Assembly: GCA_964035545.1 (NCBI GenBank)
Contig: OZ037773.1
Location: forward strand, 2,943,751 to 3,007,750
From: Bugula neritina
Lineage: Eukaryota > Animalia > Bryozoa
Reading direction: 5' to 3'
DNA: 64,000 nucleotides
Below are positions 41,988-55,309 of this stretch, one piece after another (position 1 is the stretch's first letter; each line of letters starts with the position of its first letter). The notes under the pieces were generated by a model. That model ran no database searches. It had not been told where the DNA came from and saw nothing but the letters and a program-made list of their open reading frames with translations. The position numbers were made by a program, and so were the translations under genes.

Positions 41988-44900
41988 ATGGCAGCCAAAT
42001 TGTATCAGTAAGTAATATTTCTTCAATGAATATAATAATATTTATGGCAATTCTCGGTTATATCTTCATCATTTGATACTTTTATGCGTATGATGTCTTT
42101 GCTTTGATATGTTGAAATTTTGCTGCCTTTAAATTATGAAATATTTACATCTAGTACGGTAATTATTTGTTACAGCAAGTGGGAGGTAATTTTCCACGAT
42201 TGTGTTATACTTAGAGTCGTTTTCAAAGAGTGTTTCCGTTCAAGAAATAGAGCTGTGAGCAGCCAAGGTGGGGGTCAGAGGTAAGAAGAAGTTTCATAAA
42301 TGCAGACATATTTTCTGTGAATCCAATAATATTGAGATGTTGGTAGTTTAATTATTAGATTGGATGTTTAGGACATTGATCTACATATTGAGTGTTATAA
42401 TATTGTAGTACAGGCTAATGAAACATCACCTGTTCTTAAATGCTATAATGTGTGCTTATTGAATGTTTGGTAGCAGCAAAGACAAACAGGAGAAAGGCTT
42501 AAAGAAGGCAGAGGTTCTTTCAACTTATGCCCCTTTACACTCATGTGATATCCTACCAAACAATGTTGTAAAACCGAGTGAAAATCATGTGTATAGAGAA
42601 TCGGGTTCCTGTAAGACTACTCAAGTCAATACACAAATATGTGATAAGAATGCCAAAACTAAGCGCTGGACATGGAATGACTGCGGGTGTAACGGTGCCT
42701 GCTGGCACGGCTTGTCAGCTGCCAATGTAACAGCATCTTCTCTCTCATTGGCCAAAGATCAGCTGATACAAGAAACTAACAGAAGTCAACCAAGAAGAGC
42801 AGCTTCTCTCCCCAATTGTCCAGCAACAGAGCCAATACAGTTGGAGGATTTCCTGAAAAAGTTCGAAGGAAGTGGAACGCGGCCAAAAACTCATAAACTT
42901 TACCTTCGCCCAGAAATTATTTTGCGTAAGTTCAAATAATTACTCACTTATTCTGTTTCAGTTTATTTTTAGTTCATTAGATAGTCTAAACTGTAAATCT
43001 ATGATGTCGTTTTTACTATCTTTAACACAAAATCTTGTCTCCAAATAAAAGCATTTGCATTGCAATGTTTCAGCAAACACTGATAATGAACTGTACAAAA
43101 CTCTCAAACCCACCACAAAGCTATCCAGAAGTCAAATAAAAGGTTTGGACAAGGAGAGAAGACAATCCCCTCGAAATAGAATGAGCACATCAGCACCTGC
43201 AAATACTGCACCCAGACAAGTGGAGAAGCAAATGTTAAGGACATTCACTTCCGATGATGGAATGGAATGGAAATCATTGCCACTTTTCTCCAAAGAATAT
43301 ATGAATAGAGAAATCACTGATTGTGAAGGTACAACATTCATTCCTTTTGTTAGAACAGTAGGCCTATATACACTTTGTAAAGTAAGATTAACACTTTTGC
43401 TTTTATTGCAACAAAAAAATTTCAAATTGACTAATTGCTGTTATTTCAATAGATGAGTTGAAGAAGGATGTAGCGTCTCTCAAATGGGATATTAAGGAGT
43501 TGGGAGTCAAAAAGACAGAAGCTGATAATATTATCAAAGGAGCTGTTGAACAAATCAGTGAAGTTCCCCTAAAAGCACAAGGGTCCAATCAAAGAGCTTC
43601 CACTAAACCTCAAATTTTACCTGGTAGGATAATATTTCAATATTTATTTTTACAATAAAATGAAACTTATTAAAGTAATCTTTTATATTCAACTACATTT
43701 TGTGGCTTTTACATATTTGTACAGAAAACAACAAACTTCAGCTGTTGAAGTGAATATCTTGCAAAACTGTTTAGCTTTCAATATACTGTGTCACTTACTC
43801 AAATATCAAATTGTTAATTCTTAATGATGTACTTTATTGCTTGAATAATTCAGCAGCCAAATGAAAACATAGCCTCCATGAAAGAACAAGTTCTAAGCAC
43901 ACTACTAACTTATAATCAGTCACATTAATCAATATATTGAACCAAATTTTGTGTAATTATGCCTTTTTGTTTAAAAAAGTATAAGTGGAAACAACATTAT
44001 TTCAATAGATGGAATACGAAACCAGTGTGTACCACAGTCTGGTGAACGAAAGGAAAAAGAGGTTAATGAAGAAAATAAACCTGTGAAACAGGATCTTAAA
44101 CCAACTCAAGAAATTGATGATGGAAAACCCCCAACACCTTCCAACTTGTCTGGTAAATATTAAACTAGGAAATATCTACAAAGAAGCAACATTTAAATCA
44201 CTCAAGCCAGTTATCATTTGAGATAAATGTGATTGAAAAAGCTTTCAATTGTTTAGATATGATATAGTATAGGTAAATTATATTAAGTCAATCAGAAATT
44301 TTGATTCCTATACGTGTACATTTTTTAAAGCCAAATCAACTATTTTTATCCACAAAATTGGCAATACTAACTAATATTGTAAATCTATAATGGAAAGATA
44401 AATATTTCCCATTACAATCAGCCAACTAGTAACCAATATTATATTAGTCTTAAACCAACAGTGTCAAGCTGCAACACATTTGGTATATTTAAAAGCTGGT
44501 GGAGACTCGATCAATCCCCCCTCTCAATATTCTCAGCCAATCAGTAAAGGAGCCACGACTCCCAGCTTGTGCCAAAACTTCTAGTGAAGTTCAGAATGGT
44601 AAGTATTCTTAAGTCAGCCAAAGGCTTGTTATTAGTGGCTATTATATAATAATATGTTGAAGAGCGAATCACAGATAAAATCAAAACAATTTTTAAAAAC
44701 CGCACGTCTAGTGTTTCAGAATGTCATTAACAAATAGAAAAATCTCCCAAGATATTAAGAAGCTATTTTCTAATAAACAGGTTATAGTGAATTACAAAAA
44801 GATTAGTGAGAATCAGACTGTCAGAACTTTAAAGAAACTCACCGTTTACTATAGCATTGTGAAACAGCCAATAGAATATAACTAATAAAAATGGTTATAA

Positions 44901-45048
44901 ATATTGCTATAATACATCAATCAGTATGTCAAGGGAAACACTATAATATTTTGTAGAGCTTAGAGTAGTTCAAGAACCAGCTGCACAGCAGAATCGAAGA
45001 AATAGAATATTGAAGTTTTTCTGTTGCTGTGTTCAAGACAGTGAATAA
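41988..45048 (+). CDS. Uncharacterised orphan-like protein, copy A (exon 7 damaged)
   Basis: Exons 41988-42007, 42176-42280, 42474-42925, 43074-43328, 43453-43623, 44009-44152, (44496-44598), 44957-45048 with canonical sites; ends RRNRILKFFCCCVQDSE*. Exon 7 has a weakened acceptor and a +1 nt shift. No recognisable domain. Confidence 0.7.
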
Positions 45049-46118
45049 GGTTAGAGCTCAATATAAATATATTTTCTCAAAAACTTCAAAGCTGTTAATG
45101 TATTCATATATTAAGATTGTTATCTTTTATATCAGACTCTTACAATAGCTATTAGTCACTTGTTCTGTTTATTCTTGCTTGTCTTCTCATTTCATATACT
45201 CAATGTATTCACTTTACTTTATGTTTCTGTTTATTATCTAGATCTTCTACATGGGCCAGTCAACACTACAGCTTAATACTATCTGATGTGTAGATGGATT
45301 ACTCAGTGAAGAGATGCTCATATAACCTATTCCCTGGATTCTTTTTTTATTGGAATTCTCTTTGTCTCTCAAGTGCTCAGAGACCAGAGCATGCAAATAT
45401 GCATGCCTTATTGCTAATTTTATTGAACTTCATGTAACCTGCTCTAGTTGTTTGAATTTTCTTTTAAAAGAAACTTTAAATTATTTTGCTAGTGTATTCT
45501 ATTATATATTCATTCACTTAGTTAATATTGGTCATTATTTAGTAGATCGATATATTAGTATATAAAGGAATGAATAATTACAGAGTATTATTGTATTATT
45601 GTATGTATAAAAACAATTTGAAATAACTAAAATGTCTACCTTGTGAGTTTTTCAGTTAAAAAAATCCTATCAAATAAAATTTATAAAACTTAATAAACTG
45701 GCACATAATTATTTATATACTGCATTTGCTATACAAGCTGTTATATGAGTGCATAATTAAAAAACAATTCACTACAAATAAAAAATCCTAAACAATTATT
45801 ACACAAACATATAGGACATGCTTAATTGTAACACATGCATTCCCCTGTCTCTAAACAATCGAGTCAAACAGATCATAGTATCTACAACCACACACTTCCT
45901 GCCCACATCACATCCTATACATTCTTTACAAATTGTTTTTATCTAGAGTTGTCTACTCTCTGCACACTATTGGTATAAACTGTTGGCTGAGTAATCATAT
46001 TGGAAGCCATTTTACTAGAAAGAGTATAATTGAATTTGTAAATATATGACATCATTATTTCTAATAAACACAATATAATTAACCTGAGGGTTCAGTTAAG
46101 TACAGCTATTATCTAAAG

Positions 46119-46200
46119 CAGGGCTGTCTAACAGGTGGCCCCAGGGCCATGAAAAGATGCCATCTCAGTGGCCCTCACTCTGAAAAGATTGATACCCCTG
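46119..46200. mobile_element. Short hAT/Charlie-type MITE (duplicate at 55107-55188)
   Basis: cagggctgtctaac...gattgatacccctg imperfect TIRs, preceded by atctaaag (NTCTAGAN-like target). Confidence 0.6.
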
Positions 46201-46313
46201 GCCTGAGTCATTAGAAATGCACATGAATTTAAGGACTACAGCTTATACACGTTATTGTGTGGTTATCCAGCTGAATACTAAACACGTGTCTGAAGTGTCC
46301 TTCACCTTCCAGT

Positions 46314-46386
46314 TTATCCTGAAGCAAACTCGGACATTTTGTCATACTTTGGCTTTTTAGCTTGATGAGTTGCCTTCCTTGACAGT
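46314..46386 (-). pseudogene. DDX31: Detached duplicate of the DDX31 terminal coding exon (intact)
   Basis: ttttag acceptor then [26 protein letters not shown]; paralog of 55310-55382. May be an alternative last exon rather than a pseudo-exon. Confidence 0.75.
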
Positions 46387-46467
46387 CTAAAACATAATAA
46401 ACCACTCACTCAAAACTCATGCTATGTGAATGCCCAGTTATTTGCTACAATTGCCAACTAAAGAGAA

Positions 46468-46667
46468 GGGAAGCAGCCATGGTCTAGGGGTTGGAGCACT
46501 GATAGGAAATACAAGGTCGGTGGTTCAAACCCCAGTGAAGGTCAGGTGATGCTAGGAAGGGCATTCAGTCATAATTGCTTCTTCGACATAATAGAAAATA
46601 AGTCATTAGCTAGCCCAAACGAACTCTACTCCATTAGGGGTTCTCACAGGGATGGTGAGTATATAAA
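46468..46667 (+). mobile_element. tRNA-derived SINE, copy 4
   Basis: tggtctagggg A box, ggttcaaaccc B box, aggaagggcattcagtcataattgct core. Confidence 0.8.
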
Positions 46668-47623
46668 TTCGAGTGGTGATTTGATTAAAGAAAAGGAGTA
46701 GTTACTTTTCAAACTGCTATAACTTCATAATAATTATAAAGGGGCTATGATAAAATATTCCTGCAATATGCAATCACTGGTGCTGCGGTTTTGAAAGGCT
46801 CTAGTCATAACAAAAGTTCCAACACATTTCACAAAATTATCCCAAAAATTGAATGGAATTTTGCCAGTTGCATTTTGAATAATTTTTGAAATTGAAGTAC
46901 AATAACTTACCATTCTCTGCTCACCACTTATTAATAAACTAGCCGGAAAATTTGCCAAGAAAAACTTGCACTCCCTTCACCATGTAATGCTGCAGTAACT
47001 TATGTTATTTACTCACTTTAAGGCTTTGCTGAAGTGTTTCCAACATTTGATTATATCGCAAGATATTCTGCTGTGTATTTGAGCTTCAGTAGCTCTTAGA
47101 ATCTTTCCAAGTTTACGTGTAAATGAATATAGTTATATCTATATTATATAGTCCCAGAAAGCTTTGTCACTGCATGGGTACACGATTTGCTTCTGCTGAA
47201 AATGCACCATGTATATGAACACACTTCATTTATCCAGTTCCACCACTAATTACCGTGTGTCACATTTCCACAGCATGCTAAAAACACACTTGCTGCTGCT
47301 ATTGTCTTGATACATCTACCTTATGTATCTCATCTATACTTTGGAAGATGCTTTATCCAGTTCTACCTCAATTTACACAGCGCTATATCCTGTTTAATTT
47401 ATGTTCTAGCAGACTTTCCGATAGTTCACACCTTTATACTAGTTTTTTCACCTTTATCCATTTATATAGACGCCTGTTGATTGTTGTCAACATATAATAT
47501 TCACTACAACTATAGATTGTTGTCAACAGTTGGTGTGTAATACACCTGTATATTAATATCAACAAACTGTATACATAGTTGTGATGATGTGTCTGTGTTA
47601 TCTTTCAACACCTTGTCTTGTAG

Positions 47624-49457
47624 CTGAAGTTATGCCCCCCTACACTGCCACAATGACCTACTCGTCTCTTAATTTGTATTCACGTGGAATTAATCCACGG
47701 GGTTTTGTACGAAGTGCTGACAATAGTCCTGCACTGCCTCGTAAAAGTAATGTATACACTTTCATGGCAAGTGCAGTGCCATTGTTTTACTCTTATTCGT
47801 TAGTTTGAATTTTGTTCGTTTTTTAGTCGATGTGCTTTATTGAATTTAATTCTAGAGTTATAAGTTTCATAGCAGACTCACAGTGTTTCTATGGATACTG
47901 CAATTTTTCAGCAACTATAAAGCAAAGGTTTTCCAAAATATAAAGCAATTAATGTGTGATAATGTCACATTTTCTGACCTAAACTAGATCAATTACTGGA
48001 GCTAGATTGACCTATTCACTTTCAAAACTTGAACTATAATGATCACCTAAAGAAACTGAAGCTGTAGGTACACAGTGATTTGCATGTTTCTAAACATACT
48101 CACAAGTTTGTTGTACATAACTTTTATCTAATTCTTACTTACTTTCCTGAGTTTTTTAAACCTTCATTATAGAGAGTGGAAGCATAACACGTCAAATCTG
48201 CTTGCAATTGTTTGCCGTCTTCAAATTTATCTGTTAGTTTGAACTGCAAACTCATATTATTATTTGTAGAGTATTATCATCATCATAGCCATTGCACTCC
48301 TGGTTCCGATGCCTTGGGTGGAGGGGCGTCTCCCTACTCACCCGGCAATATAATTCCCCCATCTCCTTCTAACTCTGATAGGGCTAACCACTCTTTACGA
48401 AGTTATCACAAGCCATCAATGACTAGTTCACATGTACCTCAGCACATTGGTAAGGTTTCAGTCTAAGAATCCCCATCTAAACGTCACTTTTGGGATCTTC
48501 TACTGCCATTTATTTTAAATTGGGTGCATGCATTTTTGGTGACTGGTCATGATGAAATAACTAGGTAAATTTTTGCTGAGATTACAGCTGCTCTGTTCTT
48601 GCTCTTTCTGGTGGTGTGGGTCATCTTGAAAGTGGTTTAAATTACGTGTTGAGTTGAGTGTGTTTATGGAGATATTAATCATGAAAATTTTGTATATATC
48701 TTCTAAAACTCAGTGTAGATTAGCCTGTTCATTTTAAACGCTCACTGTCTTAGTTTTACTAATACATGAAATTAATGAATGTTTTTAGTGAAGCCCCTGC
48801 CATCCTTTAAAATGACCAATCAGATGACCGGGTCAGTTTATCAGCCTTCTAGCCCCACCCACCATGTACCCAACTCAGAGGAAGTGGCCAGCCCCATATC
48901 AGCTCGTAAAAAGAGACCACCCAGGCAGCAGGCCACACCTGTCTCACCTAACCTGAACAACTTGTCTACAAGTCGCGAGGATCTCCACTCTAGCATGGTG
49001 AGATGAACTAACTCAGCTAAAACCACTTGAGATTCTATCATGTTGATTAACTTCACTGTCAGTCAGGGCTTGAGGGCTGACTATAGTGTTGGGGAAGAGT
49101 TAATGAAGGTTTAGATTCTGAACCATGTAGACATCAACTCTACTTTTTGATAAATTCAAATTTTAAATAATCTTGAAGCTGCTATTATACCTTTACTTAA
49201 AAACGTACCCAGTTGCAGTTAAATTTCACTTGTCTGAGGATGCCTAATTAGCTTTTCTGGAACTTGTTCAAATAATATTAAGCTGCTTCCTGATAGTAAA
49301 ATATGATTTCCCTATCCTATGCCCTTTACAATTTATCATATTATACACTTCATCGCAGATGACCCACAGCACAGAACAACTTAGCGCAGAGATGGCCAAC
49401 ATAGACTGTATCATGCAAGATCTGAATGCTATAAAAGATGGCTTTGAAATGGCTTAA
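47624..49457 (+). pseudogene. DCC/NEO1: Duplicated 3' four exons of the DCC/neogenin gene (P2-P3 tail), intact
   Basis: Exons 47624-47746, 48270-48449, 48789-48997, 49359-49457; all splice sites and the frame are preserved; no 5' exons of its own. Could be an alternative 3' cassette. Confidence 0.8.
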
Positions 49458-51069
49458 CATCCCTAGGCACATGGTGCAATATTTGGTCACCACTCTCCGT
49501 ATTAAAGCCAGTTGAACTATCTCGGGGCATTAACTTGCCTCTTACTCGTGTACTCAAGTAGTTGGTGAGTTTGGAGTTGCTTGCTCTGTGTCCATCACTG
49601 GCTCAGGGGACTCAACTATTCGTGTAGCTCTTCCATTTGGTGCATTTTTGTAGATATTATTTACATAGGCACCTGCCCTGAATTACTCATTATAATAGTA
49701 AGCTTTGACTACATCAGATGTATAAGGTAGGGGGAAGGAAGGTAAACTAATAGCTTAGAACACACTGATAAGGAATGTTGGCTTGGATCCACATAAATAT
49801 TAACTACTGTTTTATTTATGTTGTCACACAAGCAATTTTATATTTCAGATAATATATATTTATTATGTTATTTATATATTATTTTGCTGTTTACTCAAAC
49901 AAACGTTTACAATTTCTGAGTTTTTATTAGCTGTCAGCCAAATCAACATTTTTTCAAACAGTTTTATAACAATATCTGCCTTCCATTAACTTATACTGTA
50001 GTTGTTGGTTTTTTAACCTTTCATACCAAATCGTCTCTTTACTTTGTAGCCTGTCAATCGTATTTTAATAGTTTAGGTAATTTCATAATTTTGGCATGTA
50101 ACTTTTACAGGTTTATTGTACAAAAAACCATTATATACATGCAGATGCTATATAATATACGAATAGATTTTTAGAATTTTCAATTACTATTAATTATTTG
50201 CTGTTCGAATTAATTAAATAAATCTTTCAACAAATTCCATGACATTCATTACTTAAGTCAAGGCTGTCTAACAGGTGGCCCCAGGGCCGGATGTGGCCCC
50301 CAGCTTAAATTTATGTGGCCTCCAAAGGCATAAAACTAAAATTATTTTTCACAGGTATATACACTAGTCAAAGTGAAAAACTAAATTTTAAATGTCTTAT
50401 TTATACCCATACTACAAAACTTGCAGTATCTATTGGTACTTTATCGTGTCATGGTTTACAAGAATTTGGAATAAATGAGTTAAAAATACTGATGCTGTGC
50501 CCCCCCCAGCTCAATCTAAAGTTTTCAATGTGGTCCTCACCATGAAATATTCAGTAACCACTCTGAAAAGGTTGGCCTAAACATTCAACTGGTGTTATAG
50601 ATTATTATTCTTTAATAATGAAAGGGATATGTCATAATATTATGGTAATTGTTCATGTTATAAGCTCCTCCCACTTATTCTATCTATATAAATACTGTGT
50701 TTTATATAATTCATTCAACCTAATAAGCCAGTAAATGGTTCACATCATTATAAACACCTACAAATTATCACAGTTAATTACGACTATATACAGATAAGCG
50801 ACAACAAAACAAACAATTACTCCAATGATCTAAATATTATATTATTAAGTAAGTAGAACAAAATATTCAAAAAATGTTCAATAATAAAGGATGACACAAT
50901 GAGCGACACAATGATGCCTTAATTGAACGTTTACTGAGTTTACAGATTGACAGTTTAATATTATTGCTGCTACAAAATGTAAATCTTTCATGCAACTGTT
51001 TACTATATAAATTTCAATATGTTCTCGCTTGTACTAATTTCTTTAATTCTCCTGCTGGCATCCACTGTC

Positions 51070-54027
51070 ATGGCAGCCAAATTGTATCAGTAAGTAATAA
51101 TTCTTCAATGAATATAATAATATTTATGGCAATTCTCGGTTATATCTTCATCATTGGACACTTTTATGCGTATGATGTTTTTGCTTTGATTTGTTGAAAT
51201 TTTGCTGCCTTTAAATTATGAAAATTTACATCTAGTACAATAATTATTTGTTACAGCAATTGGGAGGTAATTTTCTCTGATTACGTAGTACTTAGAGTCA
51301 TTTTCAAAGAGTGCTTTCGTTTAAAAAGTAGAGCTGTGATCGGAAGCCAAAGCAAGAGTCAGAGGTAAGAAGAAGTTTCATGCATGCAGACATAGTTCCT
51401 GTGAATCCAATAATATTGAGATGTTGGTACTTTAATTATTAAATTGGATGTTTAGGACATTGATCTACATATTGAGTGTTATAATATTGTATTACAGGCT
51501 AATGAAACATCAATTGTTCTTAAATATTATAGTGTGTGCTTATTGAATGTTTGGTAGCAGCAAAGACAAACAGGAGAAAGGCTTAAAGAAGGCAGAGGTT
51601 CTTTCAACTTATGCCCCCTTACATTCATGTGATATCCTGCCAAGCAATGTTGTAAAACCAAGTGAAAATCAGGTGCATAGAGAATTGGGTTCCTGTAAGA
51701 CTACTCAAGTCAATACACAAATATGTGAGAAGAACGCCAAAACTAAGCGCTGGACATGGAATGACTGCGGGTGTAACGGTGCCTGCTGGCACGGTATGTC
51801 AGCTGCCAATGTAACGGCATCTTCTCTCTCATTGGCCAGAGATCAGCTGATACAAGAAACTAACATAAGTCAACCAAGAAGAGCAGCTTCTCTCCCCAAT
51901 TCTCCAGCAACAGAGCCAATACAGTTGGAGGATTTCCTGACAAAGTTCGAAGGAAGTGGAACGCGGCCAAAAACTCATAAACTTTACCTTCGGCAAGAAA
52001 TTATTTTGCGTAAGTTCAAATAATTACTCACTCATTCTGTTTCAGTTTATTTTTAGTTTATTGGATAGTCTAAACTGTAAATCTTTGATGTCGTTTTTAC
52101 TATCTTTAACACAAAGTCTTGTCTCGAAATAAAAGCATTTGCATTGCAATGTTTCAGCAAACACTGATACTGAACTGTACAAAACTCTCAAACCCACCAC
52201 AAAGCTATCCAGAAGCCAAATGAAAGGTTTGGACAAGAAGAGAAGACAATCCCCTCGAAATAGAAGGAGCACATCAGCACCTGCAAATACTGCACCCAGA
52301 CAAGTGGAGAAGCAAATGTTAAGAACATTCACTTCCGATGATGGAATGGAATGGAAATCATTGCCACTTTCCTCCAAAGAATATATGAATAGAGAAATCA
52401 CGGACTGTGAAGGTACAGCATCCATTCCTTTTGTTAGAACAGTAGGCCTATATACACTTTGTAAAGTAAGATTAACGCTTTCGCTTTTATTGCAACAAAA
52501 AAATTTCAAATTAAATTGCTGTTATTTCAATAGATGAGTTGAAGAAGGATATAGCGTCTCTCAAATGGGATATTAAGGATTTGGGAGTCAAGAAGACAGA
52601 AGCTGATGATATTATCAAAAAGGCTGTTGAACAAATCAGTGAAGTACCCCTAAAAGCACAAGAGGCCAATCAGAGAGCTTCCATTAAACCTCAAATTTCA
52701 CTTGGTAGGATAATATTTCAATAGATATTCTTACAATAAAATGAAACTTATTATAGTAATATTTTATATTCAACTAAATTTTGGTGCTTTCACATATTTG
52801 TGGAGAAGGCAACAAACTCCGGCTGCTAGTGAATATAAACTTTTTACTTTTCAACATACTGGGCCACTTACTCAAATATCAAATTGTTAATTCTTAAATG
52901 ATCTGTACTTTATAGCTTGAATAATTCAGCAGTCAAATGAAAACATAGCCTTTGTGAAAGAATGAGCTCTAAGCACACTAATAACTTATAATCAGTCACA
53001 TTAGTCAATATATTCAACAAAATCTTGTGTAATTATGCCTTTTTATATAAAAAGTATAAGTGGAAACAACATTATTTTAATAGATCGAAACCAGTGTGTA
53101 CCACAGTTGGGTAAAAACAAGGAAAAAAAGCTTAATGGAGAAATTAAACCTGTGAAACAGGATCTTAAACCAACTCAAGAAATTGATGATGGAAAACCCC
53201 CAACATTTTCCAACTTGTCTGGTAAATATTAAAGCTAGGAAATATCTACAAAGAAGCAACATTTAAATCACTCAAGCTAGCTAGTTATCATTTGAGATAA
53301 ATGTGATTGAAAAAGCTTCCAATTGTTTAGATATGATATATAAGTAATTTACAATAACTCAATCAAAAATTTAGATTAGGATGTGTACATTTTTATTAAG
53401 CCATATCAACTATTTTTATCCACAAAATTGGCAATTGGCAATTAACAAATATTATAATAGTCTTAAACCAATAGTGTTAAGCTGCAGCACATTTGTTATA
53501 TTTTACAGAAGCTGGTGGAGACTCGATCAACGCTCATCTCAATGTTCTCAGCCAATCAGTGAAGGAGCCACGACTCCCAGCTTGTGCTAAAATGTCTAGT
53601 GAAGTTCAGAATGGTAAGTATTCTTAAGTCAGCCAAATGTTTATTATTAGTGGCTATTATTATATAATATGTTAAAGATCAAACCACAGATAAAACCAAA
53701 CAATCTTTAGAAACCACACATGACACATCAATTGTTTTAGAATGTCAAACAAACTGAAAAGTTTCTTAAGACATTAAGAAGCTAGTCTCTAATAAACAGG
53801 TTATAGTAAATTATAAAAAGATTAGTGAGAATTGGGCTGTCAGAACTTTAAAGAAAAAATCACTGTTGTTTACATTGCATTGTGAAACAGCCGGTAGAAT
53901 ATAACTGACAAGAGGAACACTAAACTATTTTGCAGAGCTCAGAGCAGTTCAAGAACCAGCTACGCAGCAGAGTCGAAGGAATAGAATCTTGAAGTTTTTC
54001 TGTTGCTGTGTTCAAAGCAATGAATGA
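51070..54027 (+). CDS. Uncharacterised orphan-like protein, copy B (about 446 aa, intact)
   Basis: Exons 51070-51089, 51257-51364, 51558-52009, 52158-52412, 52534-52704, 53084-53221, 53509-53613, 53936-54027 sum to 1341 nt in frame; ends RRNRILKFFCCCVQSNE*. Confidence 0.75.
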
Positions 54028-55309
54028 GGTTAAAGCTCAATATAAATATATTTTCTCAAAATCTTAAAAGTGGCTGTCAATTTATTCATCATAACATATT
54101 AGGAATCTGTTATGTTTCATATCAGACTCTTACAATAGCTATTAATCACTTGTTCTGTTTATTCTTGCTTGTCTTCTCATTTCATATACTCAATGTATTC
54201 CCTTTACTCCATGTTTCTGTTTATTATCTAGATCTTCTACATGAACCATTCAACACTACAGCATATACTATCTGATGTGTAGATGAATTACTCAGTCAAC
54301 AGATGCTCATAACCTATTCTCTGGATCCTTTTTTTATTGGAATCCTCTTTGTCTCTTAAGTGCTCAGAGACCAGAGCATGCAAAGATACATGCCTTATTG
54401 CTTACTTTATTGAACTTCATGTAACCTGCTCTAGTTGTTTGAAATTTCTTCTAAAAGAAACTCTAAACTATTTTGCTAGTGTATTCTATTATATATTCAT
54501 TCACTTAGTTAATATTGGTCATTATTTAGTAGATATATTAGTATATAAAGGAATGAATAATTACAAAGTATTATTGTATTATTGTATGTATAAAAACAAT
54601 TTGAAATAACTAAAATGTGTACCTTGTGAGTTTTTCAGTTCATACAATCCTATCAAATAAAATTTATAAAATTTAATAAACTGGCACATAGTTATTTAAA
54701 TACTGCATTTGCTATACAAGCTGTTATATGAGTGCATAATTAAAAAACAATTCACTACAAATAAAAAATCCTAAACAATTACTACACAAACATATAGGAC
54801 ATGCTTAATTGTAACACATGCATTCCCCTGTTTCTACTCTAAACAATCTAGTCAAACAGATCATAGTATCCACAACCACACAACTCCTGCCCACATCAAA
54901 TCCTATACATTCTTTACAAACAGTTTTTATCTAGAGTTGTCTACTCTCTGCACACTGTTGGTATAAACTGTTGGCTGAGTAATTATATTGGAAGCCATTT
55001 TACTAGAAAGAGTATAATTGAATTAGTAAATATATGACATCATTATTTCCAATAAACACAATATAATTAACCTGAAGGTTCAGTTAAGTATAGCTACTAT
55101 CTAATGCAGGGCTGTCCAACAGGCGGCCCCAGGGCCATGAAAAGATGCCATCTCAGGGGCCCTCACTCCGAAAAAATTGATATCTCTGGCCTAAGTCATG
55201 AGAAATGCACATGAGTTTAAGGACTACAGCTTATACACGTTATTGTGTGGTTGTCCAGCTAAATACTAAACAAGTGTCAAAGTGTCTGAAGTGTCCTTCA
55301 ACTTCCAGT

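Larger units (their letters stand above)
37588..46701 (+). repeat. Tandem segmental duplication, copy A (about 9.1 kb)
   Basis: Colinear with 46811-55703 from caaaagttc-aacacatttcacaaaatt to aaagaaaaggagtag; frequent substitutions and indels in introns. Confidence 0.97.

Noticed and set aside
43132-43588. Minus-strand ORFs over the orphan gene (also 52042-52509)
   Set aside because: Antisense shadows of plus-strand exons, whose splice sites and frame are consistent in both copies.
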